Shown: positions 35,927 through 44,672 of the stretch, one piece after another
Layout: each line of letters opens with the position of its first letter
How positions within the stretch are numbered: the stretch's first letter is position 1
Assembly (NCBI GenBank): GCA_018303205.1
Contig: JAGVYP010000033.1
Span: 1 to 51,270, forward strand
Direction: 5' to 3'
DNA: 51,270 nucleotides
From: Candidatus Woesearchaeota archaeon
Lineage (GTDB): Archaea; Nanobdellota; Nanobdellia; Woesearchaeales; JAGWAF01
The notes under the pieces: generated by a model
The model's input: only the letters and a program-made list of their open reading frames with translations
Told to the model about the DNA's origin: nothing
Databases searched by the model: none
Made by a program: the position numbers and the translations under genes

Positions 35927-36187
35927 TTATTCTTGGATGAGCTTTATCACAAAAGAAGCATGATATTTTTTTAAATGTGTTATTACTTTTTCAGTGTATT
36001 GAGAAGGTAAAAGAAGAACTGCTTCCAAAGGCTTTTCATAAGCAAGGGAAGACAAGAGTCCAGGTCTGTCATACTCATACTTTCCATGATGAGAACTATC
36101 CCGATACCCATAAAGCTCTCGTGTAAATCTTATTCTGAGCTTTGGAAGAATGCTTCCTAGACTGTAACAGATGATAACATGAGGCAT
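35927..36187 (-). CDS. Small hypothetical protein
   Basis: An ORF starting at MPHVIICYSL. No family securely recognised. Confidence 0.3.
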   Translation of the reverse strand: MPHVIICYSLGSILPKLRIRFTRELYGYRDSSHHGKYEYDRPGLLSSLAYEKPLEAVLLLPSQYTEKVITHLKKYHASFVIKLIQE

Positions 36188-36219
36188 AGTAAAGGAAAAA
36201 CAAGACAAGTATATAAATT

Positions 36220-36259
36220 TTACTGTTTTATAGTACAGTAACTTGTCTTTTTAAGACAA
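36220..36259. promoter_or_regulatory. Two adjacent perfect 7-bp dyads in the divergent promoter region upstream of paralog 1
   Basis: TTACTGT-N8-ACAGTAA (36220-36241) and TTGTCTT-TTT-AAGACAA (36243-36259). They lie just downstream of a TATATAAA box. Confidence 0.35.
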
Positions 36260-36305
36260 AAAAAAGAGTAGAAAAGTTTAAAAGAAAAGCAGGATTAGGA
36301 TATCC

Positions 36306-37700
36306 ATGATGCCCGATTTTTCATCTTCTACCTTTTATCCAGAAGGAAAAAGATTTTGCTATTTTTATATGCATTACCTCATTGTGCATCAATCTTGTCG
36401 TAAGAAAGGACCTTGGCCACATCACGTAAATGTTCTCGCAGGGTATAAGAATCATCTTGCAGATTGGTATATCAGAGTAGAATCTTATGATCAATTTGAT
36501 GACTATCTTCATCGATTTATGAAAAAAGCTTCTTTATTAGAAGAACTAGAGAAGTACACTCTTAAAATAAAAAATGAAACCGTGAAAAGATTAAAAAAAA
36601 TACCTGATGATACAAGAGAATTAAAAAAGTTAGTTACGTATTATTATCAGCAAATAGAAAATATTATTTTAGTAGCCGGTACTTTACGTTGCGTTGATAG
36701 ATCACTGCTCAAAAAATTCAAGAGCATATTACCTCATGAAGAAGCCATAGCATTAGCGTCCATAAGCGAAAGACCAAGTTTTACGTCAGAAGAAGAAAAA
36801 GCATTGCTTCAACTTGCACTACAACTCAAAAAGCAAAAAAGACAACCCACAAAACAAGATGTTTTACCCATAAAAAACACATTTTGCTGGTCAGGAATGG
36901 GGTACTATAATGAAAAACCAAAAACGATTGAAACTTATCTTATTTTAGTGAAAGAAATGTTAAAAAAAGATCCGCAAAGTATCTTAGAACAAAGAAAGCA
37001 ACATCTCAAAAAAGATCTCACACAAAGAAAAAAACTCATCAGTACGCTTAGTAAAGAAGGAAAATTACTCGCACAAATTGCTGCTACCAGTAGCTTTCTA
37101 AAAGACTATTACAAAGCAAACACCAATGAAATAACCTATCACGGAGAAAAACTCTTTACAAAAATAGCAGAAAAAACCCATACCCCTTCAGAAATGATAA
37201 AAGACCTTCTCCCAGAAGAAACAAATAATTTGCTAGACAAAAAAGAAATAGATTGGACCACTGTCAAAGAACGTATAAAACAAAGTATTTGCATAACAGA
37301 TGAAAAAAAAATAAGCATCCTGATAGGAAAAGAAGCAGAGACCTTTGAAAAAAAATATTTGTCTTGCCAAGATAAAAATAAGAACAGTTTTAAGGGAAGA
37401 ATAGCGTGCAAAGGAAGAGCAAAGGGAAAAGCAAAGATTATTCTTGGTACAAAAGATTTTCACAAACTCAAAAAAGGAGACATCCTTGTAGTGTCCAATA
37501 CAAGCCCTGATTACATACCCATCCTCACCAAGGCAGTGGCTATTATTGCAGAAGAAGGAGGATTAACAGCACATGTTTCTTTAGTGAGTAGAGAATTAAA
37601 CATCCCCTGCATCGTAGGCATCCCTAACATTGTTACTCTCCTTAAAGATAATGAAGAAATAGAAGTTAACGCTAATAAGGGTATCGTGAGGAAATTATAA
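36306..37700 (+). CDS. PpsA/rifampin-phosphotransferase-like protein lacking an ATP-grasp half: helical N-domain plus PEP-utiliser swivel (phosphohistidine) domain, paralog 1
   Basis: The C-terminus GRIACKGRAKGKAKII...GDILVVSNTSPDYIPILTKAVAIIAEEGGLTAHVSLVSRELNIPCIVG...IEVNANKGIV is the PEP-utilisers mobile domain with its conserved His. Confidence 0.8.
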   Translation: MMPDFSSSTFYPEGKRFCYFYMHYLIVHQSCRKKGPWPHHVNVLAGYKNHLADWYIRVESYDQFDDYLHRFMKKASLLEELEKYTLKIKNETVKRLKKIPDDTRELKKLVTYYYQQIENIILVAGTLRCVDRSLLKKFKSILPHEEAIALASISERPSFTSEEEKALLQLALQLKKQKRQPTKQDVLPIKNTFCWSGMGYYNEKPKTIETYLILVKEMLKKDPQSILEQRKQHLKKDLTQRKKLISTLSKEGKLLAQIAATSSFLKDYYKANTNEITYHGEKLFTKIAEKTHTPSEMIKDLLPEETNNLLDKKEIDWTTVKERIKQSICITDEKKISILIGKEAETFEKKYLSCQDKNKNSFKGRIACKGRAKGKAKIILGTKDFHKLKKGDILVVSNTSPDYIPILTKAVAIIAEEGGLTAHVSLVSRELNIPCIVGIPNIVTLLKDNEEIEVNANKGIVRKL

Positions 37701-39136
37701 TGATCAAATGGGCTTGGCAATTTCAACGTATGATGGACCTGTTGCGTAGTCATAGTTTTGCAACAGCATTTGCTAACAATCTCAAAAATCTTGCTTATCT
37801 TACGAGAAATGGTAAAGTGGACTGTTATTGGGATGATGACATGGCAGATAAAAAATCATTAGAATACCTTGCACAAATAAAAGCTTCTCCAAAATTTCTT
37901 CAAGACTGGTCAAAAAATTGTGAGAAAAAATGTAAAGCGTTAGTAGAATTTGCAAAAAATACGCACAAAAAAGACATCAAAAGACTTTCAATCGAAGAAA
38001 TTTACCAACTTTATGATGTATTTGTTTCTTTAAACACCCATGCAGGTTTTTTTGCTTGGTTTATTAGGTGTATTGTTCATAAAGCAGTTCCTGAATTTGA
38101 AAAGCTTTTAAAACAAAAAGTTGGTAATGAGGAAAAATTTCAAAAATATCGAAACATATTAACAGCAACTTCAAAAGAAAGTTTTGTGGGTGAAGAAGAG
38201 CGAGAAATACATGCATTAGCTTTTGAAATTATCGAGAAAAAACTTGAATTAAATGATGATAAGGTAATACAAAAAATAAAAAAACATGAAGCTAAATTCA
38301 AATGGATTCCTTGCAGTTATTATGATGAAGAGCCTTATAAAACCGAATATTTCTTACAAAAAATAAAACATATCATCGATGATCAACAAACAGCAAAAAG
38401 AGTATTACACACAATAAAAGGTATGAGGAAGAAATTACAGCAACAACAAGAAAAAATAATGAAAGAACTAGATTTTGATGAACCAACACAAAATCTTATC
38501 CAGTGTCTCCAAGAATGCGTTTACTATAAAGATTTTGTCAGAGGAGCATTAAACAAAAGCTATTGTTATCTCTATCCTTTTTTTGAAGAATTGGGAAAAC
38601 GATGTAATCTTAGCAAAAGAGAAATTAAATATTTATTTCCAGAGGAAGTGAAAGAAACATTATTCAACAATAAAGACTATATCCCACTTATCAAAGAAAG
38701 AATAAAATTTAATGTTTTGATAAATAAAGATGGTAAATTGATAACGTTGTTTGGAAAAGAAGCGCAAGCATTAGTTGATGAAATTGAACAAGCAACCGTA
38801 AAAGAAGTTACCGAAATTAAGGGCATGTGTGCAAGTCCTGGTTACGCAAAAGCCAAAGTAAAAATAGTCATAGATTTTGGCGATATTCAAAATGAAACCC
38901 ATGACTTTATTCTTGTGGCAAGCATGACAACTCCAGAATATACCGTAGCGATGGAAAAAGCATTAGCTATTGTAACAGACGAAGGCGGAATTACGTGCCA
39001 TGCGGCTATTGTTGCTCGGGAAATGAATAAGCCCTGTGTTATCGGAACGAAAATAGCAACAAAAGTCTTCCATCACGGCGATATCATTGAAGTAGATGCT
39101 AATAAAGGTATCGTGAGAAAGATCCAAAAGGCTTAA
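37700..39136 (+). CDS. Same family, paralog 2
   Basis: The C-terminus is GMCASPGYAKAKVKIV...FILVASMTTPEYTVAMEKALAIVTDEGGITCHAAIVAREMNKPCVIG...IEVDANKGIV, with the His codon at 38999-39001. Its start overlaps the paralog 1 stop (ATAATGA). Confidence 0.85.
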   Translation: MIKWAWQFQRMMDLLRSHSFATAFANNLKNLAYLTRNGKVDCYWDDDMADKKSLEYLAQIKASPKFLQDWSKNCEKKCKALVEFAKNTHKKDIKRLSIEEIYQLYDVFVSLNTHAGFFAWFIRCIVHKAVPEFEKLLKQKVGNEEKFQKYRNILTATSKESFVGEEEREIHALAFEIIEKKLELNDDKVIQKIKKHEAKFKWIPCSYYDEEPYKTEYFLQKIKHIIDDQQTAKRVLHTIKGMRKKLQQQQEKIMKELDFDEPTQNLIQCLQECVYYKDFVRGALNKSYCYLYPFFEELGKRCNLSKREIKYLFPEEVKETLFNNKDYIPLIKERIKFNVLINKDGKLITLFGKEAQALVDEIEQATVKEVTEIKGMCASPGYAKAKVKIVIDFGDIQNETHDFILVASMTTPEYTVAMEKALAIVTDEGGITCHAAIVAREMNKPCVIGTKIATKVFHHGDIIEVDANKGIVRKIQKA

Positions 39137-39172
39137 AAAAAGGAGTAGCTTAAGGCTCTCTGAGGAACACCC

Positions 39173-40168
39173 ATGATTGACATTGACAAGATTATTCAGG
39201 AAAAAGCAAAAGAACGCAAAGCAAAAATCGTTATCGCAGAAGGCTGGGATGAAAGAGTCTTACGAGCAGTACATGATCTCAAAAACATGGCACAGTTTGT
39301 TCTGCTAGGAAATCCAAAAACTATTCTTGAAAATGTAAAAAAATGGAACTTAGACATAGGAAAAACAGAAATCATCGACCATCTTAAAACAAAAGAAAAA
39401 GAAGAACTCGCACAAAAACTCTTTGAGCTGAGAAAAGAAAAAGGATTAACACTTCCAGAAGCACAAGAACTCGTCAAAGATGTCAACTATTTTGGCTGCA
39501 TGATGGTCTTTACAGGAAAAGCTGAAGGAGTAGCAAGCAGCGTCATTTGCCCAACAGCAGCAATCATGAGACCCGCACTGCAAATCTTAAAGAAAAAAGG
39601 AACCTTAGCAAATGAGTTTTCTGTGATGAAAGACAAAAAAAACAATCGCGTCTTATTCATGACAGACGGCTCATTAAATATTAATCCAAGCTCAGAAGAT
39701 CTTGCAAACATCGCAAAGAACTCTGCAGAGTTTGTACAATCACTGGATGTTACTCCCAAAGTTGCTTTTCTGAGCTTCTCGACCAAAGGCAGCGGAGGAG
39801 ATGGTCCTGAAGTCATGATTGTGAGAAAAGCAACAAAACTCTTCAAAGAAAAAATGCCTTCTGTTATTTGTGACGGAGAAATGCAATTTGACGCAGCAAC
39901 AAATCCTTATGCTGCTGGTAGAAAATGTCCTGATTCCCCTCTTAAAGGAGATGCTAATATTCTTGTGCTTCCCAACTTAACTGCGGGAAATATTCTTTTC
40001 CATGCTCTCATGCAAGTTTCAGACGTAATCATGGCCTATGGTTTTATTCTCGGAACAGCAAGACCAGTGACCATCTTGGGAAGAAGTACCTCTTTGGAAA
40101 TCGTCAAAGGAGCATTACTAGCTAACATGATGGAATGCAACTTAAAAGCAGATGAAAAACATTCTTGA
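39173..40168 (+). CDS. pta: Phosphate acetyltransferase (Pta, PTA_PTB family)
   Basis: IVIAEGWDERVLRAV, ELRKEKGLT..A, YFGCMMV..GKAEGVAS, FMTDGSLNINPS, VAFLSFSTKGSG, DGEMQFDAA and LVLPNLTAGNILFH track the Pta consensus along its full length. Confidence 0.9.
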   Translation: MIDIDKIIQEKAKERKAKIVIAEGWDERVLRAVHDLKNMAQFVLLGNPKTILENVKKWNLDIGKTEIIDHLKTKEKEELAQKLFELRKEKGLTLPEAQELVKDVNYFGCMMVFTGKAEGVASSVICPTAAIMRPALQILKKKGTLANEFSVMKDKKNNRVLFMTDGSLNINPSSEDLANIAKNSAEFVQSLDVTPKVAFLSFSTKGSGGDGPEVMIVRKATKLFKEKMPSVICDGEMQFDAATNPYAAGRKCPDSPLKGDANILVLPNLTAGNILFHALMQVSDVIMAYGFILGTARPVTILGRSTSLEIVKGALLANMMECNLKADEKHS

Positions 40169-41612
40169 AATAATAAGAAAAAGAAATTGGCACAGACAAG
40201 GAGGCGCTGCAGTACTCCATCTCATGGTTACACCACTGTTTCCAGCAGTAGAAGGCCTCTATCAGGAAACAGGAGTAAGTTACGGTATGACTGTTGCATA
40301 TTCTCAAAAAGGCTTAGGAAACTGGTACCTCGAAAAAACTTATTTGAAAGAAATGGGAGACCATTTTTTGAAAAAAACAAAAAAAGAATTGCAAGAAATA
40401 AAAAAAGAATGGAAAAAAAGAGACAACATTTTTCAAAAAGAAGTACAAAAAATATTGTCAATGGATCTTAAGAAACTTGATGAGAAAAAAATATTGCAAA
40501 TCTACAAAAAATTTTATGAGATCAATTACTCCATGTGGATTCCCTACGTGTTTTGCGATGCCTACGACCTTACCGGAGAAAACATCATCAAAGAAAGACT
40601 AGAAAAACAAAAAATAACATTAACTGATCAAGAAATTCACATAATGCTCGCTACCGAAGAGCCCTCGTGGTCACAACGAGAAAAAATAAATCTCCTCAAG
40701 TTGAACATTGAAGCAAGCAAGAAAAAGAATTTTTTACACGATAACCTCTTTCTTGCAAAAGTGCAAAAACATCGTGATACCTATTACTGGTATAAGAATG
40801 ACTATCAAAAAGTATGGAGTTTAGATCTCAACTATTTTCTTGAAAAAATACAAAAAGGAAAAGAACATCCTCAAGCTTGCAAGCAAGAACTTGAAAAAAT
40901 TGAACAAGAACAGCAACAAACCAAAAAAAATAAAAAATTAATAGTCAAACAAAAGAAAATTCCTAAAAACACAGTAGAACTCTTTGACTTCTTTGCTTTA
41001 ATCACCCAATGGAGGGATTATAGAAAAAGAAACAATCAGATCAGCAATGAAGTACTTGTTACTTTGCTCAAAGCATTAGGAGAAAAAAGAAAAATACCTC
41101 TTGCAGCTATGTTATACACACTCCCTCAAGAAGTACTGCAAGAGACCATTCCTAACAAAGAAATACTACAAAAAAGAGAGGAAGAGGGATGCATACACCT
41201 TCTTATAAGAGAAGAGAAACCCTTATTGTTAGAAGGAAAAGAAGTAAATGACTTCAAAAAAGAACTTGATAAAAAATTATTTAATGAGATAAAAGAATTA
41301 AAAGGAATGGTAGCATTTAGTGGAAAAGTAAAAGGGATCGTAAAAATAATAAGACAATCAAGCGACTTTCAAAAATTTAAACAAGGAAACATTCTCGTAG
41401 CACAAATGACAAGACCTGAATATCTTCCTTTAATGGAAAAAGCTGCAGCAATAATCACAGACGAGGGAGGAATTACGTGCCACGCTGCTATCGTTGCAAG
41501 AGAATTAAAAAAAACTTGCATCGTCGGAACGGGAAATGCAACTGACATCTTAAAAGATTGTATGGAAGTTGAAGTGGATGCTGAAAAGGGAGTAGTGAAG
41601 ATTATACACTAA
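40152..41612 (+). CDS. Same family, paralog 3
   Basis: The C-terminus is GMVAFSGKVKGIVKII...GNILVAQMTRPEYLPLMEKAAAIITDEGGITCHAAIVARELKKTCIVG...VEVDAEKGVV. It overlaps the pta 3' end by 17 nt. Confidence 0.85.
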   Translation: MKNILEIIRKRNWHRQGGAAVLHLMVTPLFPAVEGLYQETGVSYGMTVAYSQKGLGNWYLEKTYLKEMGDHFLKKTKKELQEIKKEWKKRDNIFQKEVQKILSMDLKKLDEKKILQIYKKFYEINYSMWIPYVFCDAYDLTGENIIKERLEKQKITLTDQEIHIMLATEEPSWSQREKINLLKLNIEASKKKNFLHDNLFLAKVQKHRDTYYWYKNDYQKVWSLDLNYFLEKIQKGKEHPQACKQELEKIEQEQQQTKKNKKLIVKQKKIPKNTVELFDFFALITQWRDYRKRNNQISNEVLVTLLKALGEKRKIPLAAMLYTLPQEVLQETIPNKEILQKREEEGCIHLLIREEKPLLLEGKEVNDFKKELDKKLFNEIKELKGMVAFSGKVKGIVKIIRQSSDFQKFKQGNILVAQMTRPEYLPLMEKAAAIITDEGGITCHAAIVARELKKTCIVGTGNATDILKDCMEVEVDAEKGVVKIIH

Positions 41613-42094
41613 TCAATCTTGAACTTTGCTAATTCTTCAGGAAGAGCATTTCTAAGATAATTCTTATCCTGTCTTAATAACATTTTGTAGTAACCATCAT
41701 CAGAAACTATAGGTACCTCTTCTACAAGTTTTATACGATAAGGTACTCCCCTTGTATCCTGTTCACTTTCAATCTCTTTTATCGCTCTTCGCCAATCACT
41801 TAAACCATAAACAGTAACTAATAATTTTCGTCCTTCAAGAAGATGTGATCTTGCGCGATGATGACCTCCATCTGTTATGTTATTAACGTCAGGAGAAGGG
41901 TACATAGGAATCAAAATATAAGTTCTTCTGTCAAGTTGACAAACAGGTACTGCTGGAAATGTATCTCCTGCTTGAATACCCCTTCTCATGCTTGCTAAGA
42001 TTCTATCATATATCCTGTTTTGCCAACCGAGTAAAACAATGTTTTCTAAAGGTAATGCTTTTTCTCCGAGTTGAAAAGACATTTTCTTGCTCAT
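41609..42094 (-). CDS. ParB/sulfiredoxin-like (ParBc) domain protein; start uncertain
   Basis: NITDGGHHRARSHLLEG matches the ParB-N DGxHR..A motif. I chose the ATG at 42094 (MSKKMSF) because the ORF-track start at 42223 leaves only 14 nt to the divergent gene. Confidence 0.45.
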   Translation of the reverse strand: MSKKMSFQLGEKALPLENIVLLGWQNRIYDRILASMRRGIQAGDTFPAVPVCQLDRRTYILIPMYPSPDVNNITDGGHHRARSHLLEGRKLLVTVYGLSDWRRAIKEIESEQDTRGVPYRIKLVEEVPIVSDDGYYKMLLRQDKNYLRNALPEELAKFKID

Positions 42095-42237
42095 ATACCT
42101 TTGAATCGAAGTTGGTATATAAAACTGAGCTAGGGCAAAATAGGCAAATACACCGTCTTGTAATTCTTCAAAGTCCAAAAGAAGCACTGGACATTCGCAA
42201 ATAAGGTATATAAACCAGTTCATGTCTTCTTTCTATT

Positions 42238-43068
42238 ATGGAAAAACATAGTAATCTCGTAGTTTTTGACGATAAAAAAATAAGAAGAATATGGCATAAT
42301 GATCAATGGTACTTTTCTGTAGTTGACATTATAGGAAGTTTAGCAGAAAGTTCTGATGCACGAAATTACTGGAAAGTACTTAAACATAGGCTACTAAAAG
42401 AAGGAAGCGAGGTGGTTACAAAGTGTAACCAACTGAAACTCCAAGCTTCTGATGGTAAATATTATGAATCTGACTGTGCTAATACAGAAACCCTTTTTCG
42501 TCTCATACAATCAATACCTTCTCCGAAAGCTGAGCCTTTCAAACTCTGGCTTGCTCAAGTTGGTTATGAGAGAGTTCAGGAAATTGAAAATCCAGAGCTA
42601 GCTCAAGAAAGGATGAAAGAACTTTATAGACAAAAAGGTTACAGTGAAGAATGGATTGAAAAAAGAGTAAGGGGAATAGCAGTACGACAAGAGTTAGTCG
42701 ATGAGTGGAAAAAGAGGGATGTAAAAAATATTGAATTTGGTATTTTAACCAATGAGATTAGTAAAGCTGCTTTTGATAAAACAGTTGACGAATACAAACA
42801 ACACAAAAAACTCAAAAAAGAAAATCTCAGGGATCATATGAACGATTTAGAATTGATTTTTACCATGCTGGGGGAAGCATCTACTACCACTATAGCAAAA
42901 GCAAGAGATGCAAAAGGTTTTGATCATAATAAGGCAGTTGCTAGAAAAGGTGGTAGTATTGCTGGAGAAGCAAGAAAGCAATTGGAAATCGCGTCAGGAA
43001 AGTCTATCGTTTCTCAAGAAAATTATCTTGATGAGCCAGAAAAAGTAAAGAAGAAAAGACTCAAATAA
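42238..43068 (+). CDS. Bro-N domain / DinD-like (phage antirepressor-type) protein
   Basis: IRRIWHNDQWYFSVVDIIGSL...ARNYWKVLKHRL...SDGKYYESDCANTETLFRLIQSIPSPKAEPFKLWLAQVGYERVQEIENPELA is the widespread Bro-N/DinD-like family pattern. Confidence 0.75.
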   Translation: MEKHSNLVVFDDKKIRRIWHNDQWYFSVVDIIGSLAESSDARNYWKVLKHRLLKEGSEVVTKCNQLKLQASDGKYYESDCANTETLFRLIQSIPSPKAEPFKLWLAQVGYERVQEIENPELAQERMKELYRQKGYSEEWIEKRVRGIAVRQELVDEWKKRDVKNIEFGILTNEISKAAFDKTVDEYKQHKKLKKENLRDHMNDLELIFTMLGEASTTTIAKARDAKGFDHNKAVARKGGSIAGEARKQLEIASGKSIVSQENYLDEPEKVKKKRLK

Positions 43069-43112
43069 CTGCAGTAACCTTTATAAAGTGGCATACTCCT
43101 CTTTGAATTACC

Positions 43113-44621
43113 GTGGATTACCTCAAAGGCTTGCTGAAAAAAAAACTAGAAAAGTGGAATCATAAAAAATGGTATCATCAAAGATTTGATGGTGCACCCT
43201 ATTTCTTACATTATATCGCAGAAGCTGAAATCAACACACACAAAGAACGAAAGAAAGGAGGAAATTTTACTGTTCATTATTGTTTCTTCCATAATGACAA
43301 AGCTGATTGGTATATTGCCATGGAAGATATTGAGAAAGTCTATACGAGTATCCTACAACAGGGAAAAAAGAATCCAAAAATCAGCAAGGATTTTATGGAC
43401 CAATGGAAACATGATGAAAAAGCATTTTATCAAATCTGTGCTGAAATAGAAAAAAAAGATATTAAAAAATTATCTGATCAGAAACTTATACAGTTTCATA
43501 ATACCTTCATGGAAATTACGTTAAAGAGAAATAGTTCCAGCTCCCTTATTGACGGATTTGCACTGGGTACAGACGAACTTATTGCAGAAGAAATAAAGAA
43601 AGTGTATGAACAAAGTACTATAAAGACAAGCATGCGTTTTACAGAACTTTTCTCCGCACTTACAGCTCCCATTCACCTATCTTTTATCAATGACGCTGAA
43701 GTTGCACTTCTAGAACTTGCGATACAGGTACAAAAAAAACCAGAAAAGAAAAAGCAACTGATAACACAACATCAAAAAAAATATTTTTGGATCCATAACA
43801 ATTACGTTGCTGATAATATCTTAAGTGCTGATTATTTTGAGAAAGAAATAGAAAACATCTTCAAAACAAAAATAGAAATTCCTAAAGAGATAAAAAAAAT
43901 AAAAAATATCCCTAAAGAAAACAAAAAAAGAAAACAAGAGCTTATCAAACAATTAGAATTGAGTAACGAGCTCAAATTGCTTATTACCATTTCTGAAGAT
44001 TTCACATCCTGGCAGGACGAGAGAAAAAAAGCAACGTTTTGGACAACACACTATTTTAGTATCCTTTTACAAGAAATAGGAAAAAGAACAAGAATTCCCC
44101 TTGAAGAAATAAAATACCTTTCCCCCAGAGAGGTAAACATGATCTTTCAACAAAAACCGGAAAGAAAAATGCTACAAGAACGAAGAAAAAATAGTGTTTT
44201 TTTCTGGGATGAACAAGGACACGAAGCAATGATCGGACAAGATGTGGAAGAAATACGCAAAGCCATTCTTGGAGAAATGAATTTTTCAGATCTTAATGAT
44301 TTTCGCGGATTAACTGCCTGCCTTGGTATGGCAAGAGGTCCAGTAAAAGTGGTAAAAAGTGCACAAGACATTGACAAAGTAAAAAAAGGAGATATCCTCG
44401 TAGCAGTAATGACCAGGCCAGATTATATCCCTGCAATGAGAAGAGCTGCTGCTATTGTGACTGACGAAGGAGGAGTAACTTGTCATGCTGCAATTGTTTC
44501 AAGAGAACTAAGAATACCCTGTATCATTGGAACAAAAATAGCAACAAAAGTTTTGAAAGATCACCAACACGTAGAAGTCAATGCTAATCATGGTAGAGTA
44601 ATAATTCTCAAAAATGATTGA
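43113..44621 (+). CDS. Same family, paralog 4 (GTG start)
   Basis: The C-terminus is GLTACLGMARGPVKVV...GDILVAVMTRPDYIPAMRRAAAIVTDEGGVTCHAAIVSRELRIPCIIG...VEVNANHGRV. TTTATAAA lies ~30 nt upstream. Confidence 0.85.
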   Translation: MDYLKGLLKKKLEKWNHKKWYHQRFDGAPYFLHYIAEAEINTHKERKKGGNFTVHYCFFHNDKADWYIAMEDIEKVYTSILQQGKKNPKISKDFMDQWKHDEKAFYQICAEIEKKDIKKLSDQKLIQFHNTFMEITLKRNSSSSLIDGFALGTDELIAEEIKKVYEQSTIKTSMRFTELFSALTAPIHLSFINDAEVALLELAIQVQKKPEKKKQLITQHQKKYFWIHNNYVADNILSADYFEKEIENIFKTKIEIPKEIKKIKNIPKENKKRKQELIKQLELSNELKLLITISEDFTSWQDERKKATFWTTHYFSILLQEIGKRTRIPLEEIKYLSPREVNMIFQQKPERKMLQERRKNSVFFWDEQGHEAMIGQDVEEIRKAILGEMNFSDLNDFRGLTACLGMARGPVKVVKSAQDIDKVKKGDILVAVMTRPDYIPAMRRAAAIVTDEGGVTCHAAIVSRELRIPCIIGTKIATKVLKDHQHVEVNANHGRVIILKND

Positions 44622-44672
44622 TCCAAAAAAAGAATTGTTCAAGTGGGGGCCTATTGATAGCAGACCTATATT

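Noticed and set aside
35927-36187. The small ORF considered as a Cas2-like protein, because of its beta-strand start (VIICYSL) and its size.
   Set aside because: The Cas2 YDI-type motif is absent, and there is no CRISPR array or other cas gene in the 51 kb. The resemblance is too weak.
43078-43092. A shared 9-mer, TAAAGTGGC, upstream of paralog 4 and at 15541-15549.
   Set aside because: A single 9-mer match is expected by chance within a 51-kb window compared against itself.
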